Assembly: GCA_002189035.1 (NCBI GenBank)
Contig: NEEC01000029.1
Coordinates: 248,001-312,000 of the forward strand
Length of the DNA stretch: 64,000 nt
Direction: 5' to 3'
Source: Utricularia gibba
Lineage: Eukaryota; Plantae; Magnoliophyta
How positions within the stretch are numbered: position 1 is the stretch's first letter; each line of letters opens with the position of its first letter. The position numbers and the translations under genes are program-made. Shown here piece after piece: positions 12,684-26,319 of the stretch. The notes beneath the pieces were generated by a model. It was not told the DNA's origin. It saw nothing but the letters and a program-made list of their open reading frames with translations, and did no database searches.

Positions 12684-15600
12684 ATGGCATCTGGGAGCTG
12701 GAATTCTGTAGAACAGGGTAATGGTTCCAAGGGAGGTATGTGGGTTCTTGAACAAAAGCTTGATCAACCTTTGGAAGAAGAAGCTGGAAAACTTACCAAT
12801 ATGTACAGAGAGAAGGTACAAAAAAATGAATCTTTATTTCCTTGATTCCATGCTTGTCGACTGTAACAGTAGTAGTTTAAGTTCATCAGTGAATTGCCAA
12901 TCCTGAAGACTTAGATTCTCCTTATCTTCATATCGTTCTTCACTTGGCTGATGGAAAATTTGATGGCTTGAGTAGGGGAGTGGGTAGCCTTCCTTCAACT
13001 GTCTTCTGGTTTTTTATCTTCTGTATAACATGTGCGTTTGCTGCTTTATTCTCACACTTGATATGATGCATTCTTTAAATACTAGAATCCATACTCCTTT
13101 GAAAAGATTGTTATTAGAGCAAAAGCCTAATATGTTTATGTTGCTACACAATGGCTGCTGCATAGTTCAGGATTCAACTAATATGTTTCACTCCTATGAT
13201 GATGCAGAAAATTTCTGCATTTTTTCTCTTGCGGCTTGCATTCCAGAGCCTCGGAATTGTATATGGGACCTTGGGACATCTCCATTATACGTGTTCTACA
13301 ACACTTTTCCTCAGGGAATTGACAATACTGAGGATATTATCGGAGCCCTTTCATTGATCCTATATTCCTTGACACTGATACCTCTACTCAAGTATGTCTT
13401 CATTGTCTGCAGAGCAAATGATAATAGCCAAGGTTTGGTCTCCTTCCCACTGATGACACCTCTCTTTCTTCAATGGCTTGTGTGACAATTCCTATCTTCT
13501 TTCTATCTCGAAGGAGGAACTCTTGCACTCTACTCACTGCTTTGTCGGCACGCTAAACTGAAAACAATCCCAAACCAACACCGGACTGATGAGGAGCTGA
13601 CTACCTACAGCCGTAGCACCTTCAGTGAGAACTCATTTGCAGCTAAAACGAAGAGATGGCTGGAGGCTGATTCTTTCAAAAGGAATGCTCTTCTCGTACT
13701 GGTTCTTGTAGGAACTTGCATGGTAATCGGTGATGGAATCCTCACTCCTGCAATTTCTGGTACTTTCCTTCCTATAATTAGTGTCTGTTTTGATGTCCAT
13801 TGCCCTGGCTAACTGCAAAATAATGTGAACAGTTCTTTCTGCTTCTGGAGGGATCAAAGTTGATCACCCAAAGATGTCTAGTGGTATGACACCTGATTTT
13901 GCAGTACATGTGGTTTCTGATTCTCCCTTATGATCATCGATGCATCTGCATTCAGGGGTCGTTACGATTGTAGCTGTTATCATACTTGTGGGGCTGTTCA
14001 GCATGCAGCACTACGGCACTGATAGGGTTGGCTGGCTTTTTGCTCCCATTGTGCTGCTGTGGTTTCTTGTCATCGGAGGCATTGGCATTTTCAACTTATA
14101 CAAGTATGATAGCTCGGTTCTGAAAGCATTTTACCCTCTCTACATTTATCGATACTTTCGGCGGACGAAGAAAAAAGGGTGGATATCTCTTGGTGGGATC
14201 ATGCTATGCATCACAGGTCTGAAGCCTATCTCCATTCTCCTCTTGTGGGTTATGCCTGTTTGTTGGTGTTTTCAAGTTCTGTCCAACTGTGCCAGGAACG
14301 GAAGCCCTGTTTGCTGATCTTGCCCATTTCCCAGTTCTGGCGATACAGCTCGCGTTTACCGTCATCGTGTTTCCTTGTCTCCTTCTAGCTTACTGCGGGC
14401 AAGCAGCTTACCTGATGGATCACAAAGAGCATGTCTACGATTGCTTCTATCGCTCCATTCCTGGTATGGTTCGGCTTGATCATCCCCCTTGATTCTCTGG
14501 GATGCCTTCACCTCCTCCATGTTTCTGCTTTCATTCCATGTAATGTGATGATGACTCTCGAACCATGTTTGCAGAAAGTATCTACTGGCCAGTCTTCTCG
14601 CTAGCAACCCTGGCTGCCATTGTTGCTAGTCAAGCTACCATATCTGCAACATTCTCGATAATCAAGCAGGCTCATGCGCTCGGCTGCTTCCCCAGAGTCA
14701 AGGTTGTGCATACCTCAAAAAGGTTCCTGGGCCAGATCTATATCCCTGATGTGAACTGGATCCTAATGGTTCTCTGTATTGCCGTCACCGCTGGATTCGG
14801 GAACCAGAGCCAGATCGGCAATGCTTACGGTACGGCCGTCGGTGTCGTCATGCTGGTTACAACGGTTATCATGACCTTGGTGATGCTTCTGGTTTGGCAC
14901 TGTCACTGGATGATAGTCCTCATCTTCACCTCCTTGTCGTTGCTCGTTGAATGCACCTATTTCTCAGCACTGCTCTTCAAAATCGACCAAGGAGGATGGG
15001 TGCCGCTCGTCATCGCTGCCGTGTTTCTCCTCATCATGTATACCTGGCATTACGGCACACTCAAGAGGTATGAGTTTGAGATACACAGCAAGGTTTCCCT
15101 GGCCTGGATTCTAGGGCTTGGACCGAGCCTCGGCCTGGTGCGTGTGCCCGGGATCGGACTTGTGTACACGGAGCTTGCCAGCGGGGTGCCTCGTATCTTT
15201 TCCCACTTCATTACAAACTTGCCGGCGGTGCACTCCGTCGTGATCTTTGTCTGCGTCAAGTACCTGCCGGTGTACACAGTCCCTGAAGACGAACGGTTTC
15301 TGGTTAAACGTATAGGACCCAAGAATTACCACATGTTCCGGTGCGTTGCGAGGTATGGCTACAAGGATCTCCACAAGAAGGATGAGGACTTCGAGCAGAA
15401 GCTGTTTGAGCACCTGTTCAAGTTCGTCCGCCTGGAGTCGATGATGGAAGGATGCTCTGACTCCGAGGAATACAGTGTGTACAGCAGCCATAAAACAAGG
15501 CGTTCGAGAGACTTCCAGATGAGAGACATCCCACAGACATCTACTGCAAATACAGATACCCTTTCACCAGGAGACTCGATTGTCCCGGCGGGATCACCCC

Positions 15601-15875
15601 TTCGTGCGCAGACCACCGGCACCTCCTCTGGGAATGACAGTGGGCACACGGAAGGTAGTGATGAGTTGGAGTTCTTGAGCCGTTGCAGGGACACCGGGGT
15701 TGTTCATATTCTAGGAAACACCCTGGTGAGAGCACGGCGCGAGTCTTGGATCGTGAAGAAGATAGCTATAGATTATATTTATGCGTTTCTTAGGAAGATG
15801 TGCAGGGAGAATAGTGTTATATTCAACGTGCCTCATGAGAGCCTACTGAATGTTGGCCAAATCTTCTATGTATAG
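12684..15875 (+). CDS. KUP/HAK/KT potassium transporter, KUP10/11-like
   Basis: Multi-exon: [61 protein letters not shown]-terminal [15 protein letters not shown]. Confidence 0.95.
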
Positions 15876-16056
15876 AACCATGAGTTTGAACTGCTGTTCC
15901 TTAATAAACAGTCTCAAATGCTCAGCAGCTTTTGGGCCATTTTTTCTGTACCCACGCAGAAACAGAAAACAGGGCAGAAAGAACCACATTTTCTGGGAAT
16001 AGTTAGGATAAGCTCAAAAGCAACGATAACAGACCATGAAAAACGAGCTCAAAAAG

Positions 16057-16580
16057 CTAATCCTTGATAACAATGGCACCAACAGCTTTCATTTTCTGTA
16101 GTATTTTTTCTGCATCTTCCTTCGGCATCCCTGTCTTGAGAACTGCAGGCAACTTCTCAACCAAGTCCTTGGCTTGTCAGGTCGGCTGCAGTTGCTGCCG
16201 TTTTCTGTCCCAATCCTGCTGCTCCAGCAGCACCTGGCTTCAGAACTCCTACAAGCAGGGCCTCCTTCATGCCCAATTTTTGGCATCATAATCGAGGATA
16301 TTTCCCCTGCTTCAACAAGAATTAGTCGGAGATTCCATCAACAAGTTTCCAAACCCTCTCACTCGGAGGATTGGTATGCTCTGTTGGATCAACATTTGCA
16401 GGATGATAATTGGTTGGGAGCCTTCTCTGGTCTATATCCACTAGCTCTTCATGCTCTACATCCCCCACTCTCGCAGGCTGAGCAAAGTTCCTTGTTACAC
16501 CAGTGGACATTCCAGGTAAACGCCAGTGATCACCAGAGAACATAACGATTTCTTAAGTACTCGAATGATAAAAAAATCAT
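16057..16580 (-). pseudogene. Decayed mitochondrial-type ribosomal protein L7/L12 family gene
   Basis: Pieces in alternating frames: IDQRRLPTNYHPANVDPTEHTNPPSERVWKLVDGIS / LILVEAGEISSIMM / QKLGMKEALLVGVLKPGAAG / AKDLVEKLPAVLKTGMPKEDAEKILQKMKAVGA. At least three frameshifts, and the KTxFxxKL...KIKVIKEVR segment is missing. Confidence 0.8.
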
Positions 16581-17229
16581 CTTCAGCACCCAAACGGAAC
16601 CTTTCCGATATAAAGTAATCAACAATGTCTACCATTTCTACCTGAATCCTGCAAATCAATCAGGACGAGGAGGATGATTGGCATTTCCAAAAGATGAACC
16701 CTTTCAGGAAGTAGAAGAACTCAATCATCATACATAATGCAGTAACCAAAAAAATTACCCACTAAAACGGCGGAACAAGGGCAGCGTACCTGCGGAACCC
16801 ACCGACGGCGACAACAACAGGCTCTCGAGGAAGAGAAGATGGGAGGAGAAACAAATGAAGAAGATTTGATAATGGGCCATACAATGAAGTCTACGGCCCA
16901 AACCCTATTGTGGAATGGGTCACATTATCGACTGTGGGCCCATCAACTATTCTCAAACTATGTTTCTCATGCATGGTGACAGTGATGGCATCATCTCAGG
17001 AAAGGGTAATTGTGTAATTTCATACTGACATGGGGCCCGGGAATCTGATGGGATCCGGGTGCAAGCAGACACGGGATAAGTGTATTTAGACACCATCGAA
17101 TTGAAAACTAGCGGCTGTCGCTTGCCTCTGTAGGTGGCGCTTGTGCTTTGCAGGCGACGTAGTTCCGTGCATCAATTGATTCCTCCTCTCCTGTCGTCGT
17201 CTTTGCGGAGCCGCCGTCACGGCGCCGTC

Positions 17230-19709
17230 ATGCCGATGATCACCCACCTTCCCATTCTTCCTCTTGTTCTTCTCTACTCCTCTCTTCTGCTTCATTTCTC
17301 GCTCTCTTCTGCAAATGGGATCGATCCTCGTGGTAATTTTCCCCAACCCTTCTCTGATTCACTTTTATTTACGATTTCTTGATGTTAAAAACCCGTTTGT
17401 GTGATTGTTTGTGAAACTGGGTGTTTATAATACCGTAGAGAATGACGATGTGCACTCGGAAATACTCAGGGATGAAGCGGTTGCACGACTTATCGAGCTT
17501 GGGAAGGTAATTGATTCAGCTCTAATTGATCTTGCCTATAAAATTTGGTTCTTTGCTTGTATTGGAGAAGTGCATGTTGTTTAGATTTAATGCTTGTTTC
17601 TTCCATGCAGGTTAGTGATGCCGAAGATTACCTTGCTAGGACTTTCCAATCTCCCGCTTCAACCAGAGCTGCAAGTCTTATCCGGAAGTGGATGGAGGAA
17701 GCTGGGTTGCGCACGTAAGCTGATACAGCTGATGTTTTTTTTTCCATCTGCCACCATGTTCAGGGTCATGTGTTCACCTTGTTATTTCTTTAGCTGGGTG
17801 GACGGGATGGGGAATGTGCACGGACGGTGTGACGGGAGTAATCCAAGTGAGAAGGCTCTGCTGTTTGGGTCTCATTTGGTGAAGCAATCTCGTTCTTGAC
17901 TCCTTGATATGAATTCCTTTATGTCTTCTACTGGCTATGGTAACTAAATGTTTGATTCGTTTTCGTTAGGATACTGTTATTGACGCTGGGATATTTGATG
18001 GAACACTAGGAATTGTTACTGCATTGTCAGCATTGAAGGTTCTTTATGCTAGAGGAATGCTTGATAAACTTAAGCGGCCAGTGGAGGTACTAGACTCTTG
18101 GCTCATATGTATTTAGATGTGATTCCTTTTCTTCTCCGACATAGACATGGGGGCAAATTTTTTGAATGAAGTTCACTCTGGCATGCTAGACTTGAAGCTG
18201 ATTTACTTTGAAAAGCTTCATAGATGCTGTCATAAAGCTCCTTTTTTTTCGATAGAAAGATAGTCTGGAAAAAATAACAGGATGTTCCTTGTCTCCAGGT
18301 AGTAGCATTTAGTGATGAAGAAGGTGTTAGATTTCAGTCTACTTTTCTGGGTAGTGCAGCAATTGCCGGTGTGTTGCCAGTGTCGACATTGCATGCCCAT
18401 GACAAGAGGTTCTGCGTAACTCACTGAAGCAGCTGTGCTTAATTGCAATATACTGATCCTGACATCTAGCTGGATGCATTCAGTGGGATCACAGTGCAAG
18501 AAGCTCTGAGAGGCAATTCTATCGAAATTACAGAGGATGAACTTTCAAGGCTTAAATATGATTCTTCTTCCGTCTGGGGATATGTAGAGGTTGGCATTAT
18601 TATACTATTATGGATGAGTAAGATCATATACCATGATTGAGTATGTGTGTTTCGCAACACAGGTTCACATTGAGCAGGGCCCTGTTCTTGAGAGCGTTGG
18701 CCTCCCTCTTGGCTCAGTAAAAGGAATTGCAGGGCAGACTCGGTTAAGGGTAACTCCTTTTCTTTTAGTTGCATAATGAAACTGTAGGATGTAAAAACCA
18801 CAAGCTGCTTAAATCTAAATACGGCTTGTAGGTCACCGTAAAAGGCTCACAAGGGCATGCTGGCACCGTCCCAATGACAATGCGGCAGGATCCAATGGCT
18901 GCAGCTGCAGAAATGATTGTGTTACTGGAAAGTCTTTGTAAAAAACCAGAGGAGTATTTATCCTATGACGGTGGGTGCACTTCATCAGGATTGCAATCTC
19001 TTTCTAGCTCTCTCGTTTGCACTGTAGGAGAAATATCAGCTTGGCCAAGTGCAAGTAATGTGATTCCGGGGCAGGCAAGTGACAAAGATATAACCTTTAA
19101 GCACTGCGATTCTGATCTACCCACGAATGTGAGATGTGGCTCCAATCCATGTAGGTAACCTTCAGTGTTGACGTACGCACCATCGATGATCCAGGCCGAG
19201 AAGCTGTTATCTACGAACTATCAAATAGAATGCATCGAATATGTGACAAACGCTCAGTGCTCTGCCTCATAGAACGCAAGGTCTGAGATATGCATCCAAG
19301 CAGATTGTTTATTTACAAGTGCTGAAGTTACCTCATAGAAAGTTTTGATCTTTCAGCATGATGCAGATGCGGTGGCATGTGATTCAGAGCTGAGCTCACA
19401 GCTAAAAGCCGCCGCTCATATGTCATTGAAGCGAGTAACCGGTGAAGATATAGATGGCGTGCCGGAGCTGGTCAGTGGAGCTGGACATGATGCAATGGCG
19501 ATGTCCCATTTAACCAAGGTGCTTTTTCTTTCAAGAAGTTTTTGCCGTGCAGGTGAATGCAATATGCTAATGGTAGCATTTCGTAGGTGGGAATGCTGTT
19601 TGTCCGATGCCGGGGCGGTGTTAGCCATTCTCCGGCGGAGCACGTCGGAGATGAAGATGTATGGGCTGCCGGAACGGCAATCCTCGCATTCCTGGAAACA
19701 CAGCTCTGA
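17230..19709 (+). CDS. AAH: Allantoate deiminase (allantoate amidohydrolase), M20 family
   Basis: Signal peptide, then exons encoding GSHL|DTV..DAGIFDG, AFSDEEGVRF, VHIEQGPVLE, GHAGTVPM, SGAGHDAMAMSHL, GGVSHSPAEHV. Confidence 0.95.
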
Positions 19710-19980
19710 CGATTTGTGATACATGGAGTATGAATAAACCTGTATATCCATTTCTCAGCATTCTTCCTCTAGTGGAGTGCCCTTGCTTTACGAAAAAAGA
19801 AAAAACATATATTATTTTTTAGAAAATAAATGCTATATTGGGCTTTATTATGTAAGTGGGCCTTTAGTGATTTTTGGGGTCATCGGAGGTACCGTTTTTT
19901 CTGAAACATTTTCCTTCCGAATTTCCGATCTTGGTGCTCTCGCAGACTAGGGTTTCGAGAGTTTGGGCATGTTGTAGAAG

Positions 19981-22439
19981 ATGCTGGGTTCGCTGCCGAT
20001 ATTGCCACTCCCGGCTCCGCCGGTTGACGGGGATTTAGGTCCACTCCCGCCTGCGCAGGTCACTGCGGATTCCGATGATCAGGGAAGAAGCGAGGATGTG
20101 GTTAGTGATAGAGTTAATTCTGCTGTTCCTTCGGTAGCGACTCATACGAAGGCAATAGGGATCATACACCCGCCTCCTGATATCAGGAACATTGTAGATA
20201 CGACTGCTCAGTTCGTTGGTAAAAATGGGCCGGAATTTGAGAAGCGGATTATCGCCAACAATGAAGGTAACGCCAAATTCAATTTTTTACGGCCTTCTGA
20301 TCCCTACCATGGCTACTATCAGCATCGTTTGGCTGAGGCTCGAGCCCAGAGTCAATCTTCTGCACCTGAGCAGGCTGAAAGTGCTCAGGAGTTGCCTGCT
20401 GCTGCACCAGCGTCTGAGGCGAAAGTTGCAGCATCTGCTGCAAAACCCGACCCTTCGGCTCAATTTCGGACTGTTCGGAAAGTTCTTGAGCCGCCAGAGA
20501 CAGAGCAGTATACTGTTAGGTTACCGGATGGGATTACTGGGGAGGAGCTGGACATAATTAAACTTACTGCTCAATTTGTGGCTAGAAATGGGAAGTCTTT
20601 CTTGACTGGTCTATCTACCAGGGAAAGCACCAATCCGCAATTCCATTTTCTGAGGCCAACTCATAGTTTGTTCAGTTTCTTTACTTCACTTGCTGATGCC
20701 TATTCGAAGGTGTTGATGCCACCAAAAGGCTTGAATGATAAGTTGAGGAATAGTGTTGTTGATAGGACAGTGGTTTTGGAGCGCTGCTTGCATCGTCTTG
20801 AATGGGAGCGTTCTCAAGAACAAGCTAGGCAGAAGGCTGAAGATGAGATAGAGGAAGAACGGCTACAGATGGCTATGATTGATTGGCATGATTTTGTTGT
20901 TGTTGAGACGATTGATTTTGCCGATGATGAGGATGAGGATTTGCCATTACCAATGACACTGGATGAAGTGATCAGAAGAAGCAAGGTGTCTGCAATGGAA
21001 GAAGAAGAGATTGTTGAACCTGGAAAGGAAGTTGAAATGGAAATGGATGAAGAAGAGGCGCAACTTGTGGAGGAGGGTATGAGAGCAGCCACTCTGGAAG
21101 ACAATAGTCAGATTAAGAGCAATGGAACGAAGGTGATTTCTGACGAACAGGAACTGCCTATGAGAATTGTGAAAAACTGGAAGAGACCTGAAGAAAGAAT
21201 CCCTGCTGAGAAGGATCCAACAAGATACGTTGTATCTCCTATAACTCGCGAGCTAATTCCCATTGGTGAGATGTCAGAGCACATGAGGATTTCTCTTATT
21301 GATCCTAAGTACAAAGAGCAGAAAGACAGAATGTTCGCCAAAATCAAAGAAACAACTCTGGCTGCAGATGATGAGATTTCAAGGAACATCATGGGTCTTG
21401 CAAGAACTCGACCTGACATTTTCGGTACCACAGAAGAAGAAGTTTCAAATGCTGTTAAGGCAGAGATTGAGAAGAAGAAAGATGATCAACCTAAACAAGT
21501 AATATGGGATGGCCACGCAGGAAGTATGGGTCTTACAGCTAGCCAGGCCATGTCTCAGACCGATGAAATGTCTGATGCTTTGGTTAGTGATGGAATCAGC
21601 CTTCCAGGTGCAGCACCCCCTCCACCTAAACCTGGAATTTTACCTCTTAGACCAATGCCTCCACCGCCTGGGTTAGCTTTAAACATTCCTAGACCCTCAT
21701 TAGTCCATTATTCTAATCAATCTGGCGCTGGGATGATGGCTCCACCAGTACCTGGGCCACCAACAATTCCGACTCTCCATCCTCAGCCTTCAATGCAAAT
21801 GATGCACGGACAGCAATTCATGCCCAATGTTGCTCCGATGCCTCCATCAATGCAGCTTCCCGGCATGTCAATTCCTCCACCACCTGGATCACAGTTCAAT
21901 CCCATGAGTGTTCCACGGCCTTTTATCCCATCTCAGCCTGGCATGCCTCTGTTTCCTCTGCCTCCCATGCCCCAAGGAATGCCTCCCCCACCTCCATCCG
22001 AGGAGCCTCCACCGCTCCCCGATGAACCACAGCCCAAAAGGCAAAAGCTGGATGGCTCCATACTCATTCCAGAAGATGAGTTTCTTGCTCACCATATGGT
22101 ACGTTTTGCATAGGTTCTGCAACAAAAAACCTAGTACTTGTGGTGAATGAGATTTTTGTTGTCGTGCAGGGTCCTGCTAGAATCACCATAGCCGTGCCAA
22201 ACGTTGATGAAGGAAATCTGAAGGGGCAGATACTGGAAATTACAATGCAATCGTTGTCTGAAACGGTTGGTAACTTGAAAGAGAAAATTGCCGGGGAGAT
22301 TCAGCTTCCTGCCAACAAACAAAAGCTGAGTGGGAAGGCTGGTTTTCTCAAAGACAATTTGTCACTTGCATATTACAATATTTCTTCTGGAGAGACTCTC
22401 GCGCTGTCTCTCAGAGAACGCGGTGGACGAAAGAGGTGA
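19981..22439 (+). CDS. SF3A1: Splicing factor 3A subunit 1 (Prp21/SF3a120)
   Basis: Two SURP motifs (TAQFVGKNG, TAQFVARNG), a PRP21-like region, a Pro-rich tract and a C-terminal ubiquitin-like domain. One intron, 22099-22169. Confidence 0.95.
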
Positions 22440-22784
22440 AGCTCGAAAATTACTAGAAAAGTAACCGCAGTAAGTTTTTGGCGCGTGAAGAAACAACTGA
22501 TCTTGTTGTAGAGATAGGAGCTGGGCGGTGTTAGGTAGCCTTCATGTATAAGAACACCCAAGGAACCTGTAAGTGTTTTTTACCTTCCTGATTTTACTGG
22601 ATCCGTAATTCTCGTTCAATTTGTAGTTGGTGATTTTTTTACCTTTAAGAATATTATTAAAATGAATAAATTTAGCGGATAATGTGAGTGGGACTCCGAA
22701 TCTAAAAAATGAACGTTGTGAAGTTTGGAAGCTCCTTGGAGGCCACACAGAGGGAGGCTGTGAGAACTGAGAGGACACCGCACG

Positions 22785-24194
22785 ATGGCAGCTACCGGCG
22801 CGTTTCAGCCACCGCGGTTGGTGATACCGTCTCCATTACACTGGTATTATACCCGCGCGCCTTCGTATTCTTGCAGCAGCGCAATCAGGCGGAGGATCGA
22901 AAACGGACGTTCTACAGCGCTCGTGCTCGCGAGCAATGAAGCCGTTTCCTCTTCATTCGTTTCCGACTCGGTACGCTTCGAAGAAGAAACGGAAAGAGAA
23001 GGCGGTGATCAGGATCAACGGGACATGGAATACGTCTCACAAATCAAACGAGTTACTTAATAGTTGCTAATTTTGTCTTTTCGTTTTGTGCTTTTGCTAT
23101 CTATTGGCTAAATTGACGAATCAAAATTGTTTAGGTTTTGGAGCTTCTTAAGAAGAACAGGGACATGATGTTCGATGAGGTTAGGGATTTGCGTCTTTTT
23201 GTTGTTTCATTCAAATCCTGGGTGATATGTGTGTTACTCTACAGGTGAAACTTACGTTGATGATAGAAGACCCTAGAGATGTGGAGCGCAGGCGTTTACT
23301 TGGGATTGATGATGAAAATGCTCCGACCAGGGATGATCTTGCCGATGCGTTAGTACAGGTAGCTTCTTTCTTTTTCCCCTTCTTCTATTCTGTGAATACT
23401 GTTATTCTGGCATTCCATCACTTGGTTTATGGTTGATAGATAGCAGGATCTGCTTCAAATTCATGTAGAAGTGAAAATTCTAAGATTATTTCACTGATAG
23501 TGTTATAATGGGAGTTAAGGAATGATTTTTTGTTTAAGGTAAATGAAGGACAGATCCCTGATAATCGTGCGGCTTTGCGGATGTTGGCTGAGGAAATGAT
23601 CCAGTGGCCTAATTTAGAGGTGATATTCAATATGAACCAATTACATGGTGCTGTAAGGCCTAGGAATGACCAGAGCAACCCTCTTAATAGAAAGAGCCGT
23701 TTTTTTCAACCGAATGTGGACTTTGTGCTTGTTTGGTTTTTCTGTGTTAACCGAATCTGGATTCATTTTTTCCTGTTTTTATGACCGTTGTTCAGGTGGA
23801 AACATCGAAAAAGAGAAAACCAAGCAAATCCCAATATGCAAGCGTTACAAACACCGGTGTGGATCCGCAGGAAGTAGCACAGAGGTTAAAGATCGACTGG
23901 GATTCAGCAACTGAGATTGAGGACAGTGCAGAAGATGAAACAGACGCCCTCCCTCCAGCTGTGGTACGTTTCTTCAAACCTCAACACTTTTAACCCGTTC
24001 TCTTGATCCCCCAAAATGGTCCCTCATGGTCACTCTGAATTTAACATTCCAAAGTTCATGCGTCTGCTCGTGCAGCGCTCTGATCTCCTACCATCTGATT
24101 GCAGGGATATGGAGCTCTTTACCTGGTTACTGCGTTTCCTGTCATTATTGGTGTTTCCATTGTCCTAATCCTGTTCTATAATTCTCTCCAGTGA
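22785..24194 (+). CDS. Y3IP1: Ycf3-interacting protein 1, chloroplast PSI assembly factor
   Basis: Spliced: VLELLKKNRDMMFDE|VKLTLMIEDPRDVERRRLLGIDD...|...LKIDWDSA...|GYGALYLVTAFPVIIGVSIVLILFYNSLQ. Confidence 0.92.
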
Positions 24195-24628
24195 TTGTAA
24201 ACATACAACAAAATCTTCAGATCAGAAAGCTGACTGTTGTAACTTGGGATTATTCCATTTTAAAAGGTTCCAGTGCCTTGCTCGAATGGCAATAGCTTCC
24301 GTACATGTTTGGTCTTTGACAGGGAATACTTCCACCGGCTTCAACTGGTTCCCGGTGGCGTCGGACTGAAAGCTTGCATCGGAAGTGCAATCTTTTTTCT
24401 TAATCAGCAAGGTTGAAATTGATCAATTAAAATTAAGAATATAATGATATGAATAAAACAATTTTGAATTTTCCTTGTCGGCGAGGCGTTTCTTAATGCT
24501 TAATTCTGTTGTATGGGCAGAAGACAAAATAGGCATAAAAAAATAGATATTTTTCGGGCCGGCGATTTATAGCGTGGTGCTCGGGGTCCTTCATCTTCAT
24601 TTCGCCCCTCTGGAGCTCTGTGTTGACG

Positions 24629-25083
24629 ATGAGTTATCCCAACTACCCTCCGCAGCCGCCTCCAGGTACCTTCCTCCACCACAATCCTTGCGATTTTTGT
24701 ACGTTTTGATATCTTCCGATTCGGATTTCATCGATATATTCAGGTTACGGGACCATGGGATGGCCGCAGCCGTCTGCTCCGCCGTTCAATCCTGGATCTG
24801 GGAGTTATCAAGGGTACTACAATCAGGGATATCCGCCGCCGGTGCCGGCTGACGTTTATCACACGGATCACCATCATCACCATCATCATGGGCATCATCA
24901 TCATGACCATGATCATCATTCCCATGGCTGTTTATCTTTCTTACGCGGCTGGTAATTTCACAAAATCGCCTGAAATCAAGCGTTTCTTCATCCTGATCAC
25001 TCCAATTTTTTCTTCGGGTGTGCAGCCTCGCTGCGCTGTGCTGCTGTTGCCTATTTCAGGAATGCTGTGGCTGCTGCTTCTGA
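24629..25083 (+). CDS. CYSTM-domain (Cys-rich transmembrane module) protein with Pro/Tyr/Gly N-terminus and poly-His tract
   Basis: Three exons give MSYPNYPPQPPPGYG...DHHHHHHHGHHHHDHDHHSHGCLSFLRGCLAALCCCCLFQECCGCCF*. Confidence 0.88.
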
Positions 25084-26319
25084 GACGAATGAATTAATGG
25101 ATCCCAGGCTTGTGAACGTCGTCGTCAATCGCCGTTGTGTTTTCAGTGTACTGTTCTTGTTCAAAATCCTTCCGTTGTGTCCCATCATCGTAGGTAAGAT
25201 TCTATCGTTTCCCATTGTTTTACAAAGCCAAAACCTTGTATTTTGTACATTTGGGTCTACTGTTATGCACACTCGATCTGTTGCTTCCCCTGTGAACCGA
25301 ACCACCAAAGAATCGATCTTGTTGCGCCTCCCCAGGCCAACTATGTAACTAAAAAGGCTGCAAGAGAACAAACCTCAGTATCGTTCAGTCACCTTATTTG
25401 CCAGCCAAGTGTTTTCATGAATGCTGTGGAATTCTGACAGAAGAATCATCGATGGGCATCTTGTGACCCATTCCTGGACTGCAGCCGAGTGGGCTGGCCA
25501 GCAGCCATATGATCGGAATTGGGTGGCTGAAAACTCCGATGCAACAAGCTGCAAGAGAGGAGTTGCACCTCTGGTTCCTGTTTTCCTCCTCGGCAGGGCC
25601 TGTCGGTCTCTGTTTAATGAATCGCGGCGGGAAGCTGCTAAAGAACATCCTATCTTTCCCAATGGCCGTAGCTCAAGAAACTCGCAATTATGTTAAAGTT
25701 TCAGACATTAACCGCGGCTACACCTCCGACAATCCCCAATCGTTGTCCTAGAAACTCTGCGGGGAATGCGGCGGCTCTAGAAACTGAGGGGCCGGAGCAA
25801 GGATATTGTACGGATCCCCAACTGAAGAGGACCCAATCACAGGGCATTTCCGGCTCCTGCTTCAGAGTCTTCTTCGTCATCGTCAGCTTATCCCCTGTCG
25901 GCGCGGGGCCGCCGTATTCGTCCCCTTCACCATCGTCTTCGTGGGCCATCTTCGCGTGAAAAGTATTCGAGGCCCATTCCATTCTTCACCGTGTAAATAT
26001 AAATTAATTGATGATTAAATTAAATTAATATGTATTTGTGTGGTGCGGGGCCCTGGGCGGTCAAGTGAGGCATATGGTAGTAAGATTGGTTCAACGGTCA
26101 ATGAGTCTCATGTTTGAATATCCAGAATGAAGCTGAGTATTCAAAGTTGGAGTTTCCAGATCTTCAAAGTCACATTTTGATTCTCAGGACATTAGCTGTT
26201 TCGCTTTTCTTAACGCTTCTCGTACACGTATTATGAACCCATAAATCCCTTCTTACAGGCTGCACTTCTCTTTTGTGCGCTTTTACGTGTGCTTTTCTTC
26301 TTCCCGTGTCGCAGTTTGC

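Noticed and set aside
25434-25450. TGACAGAAGA, the start of miR156
   Set aside because: The match stops after 10 nt and I see no hairpin partner.
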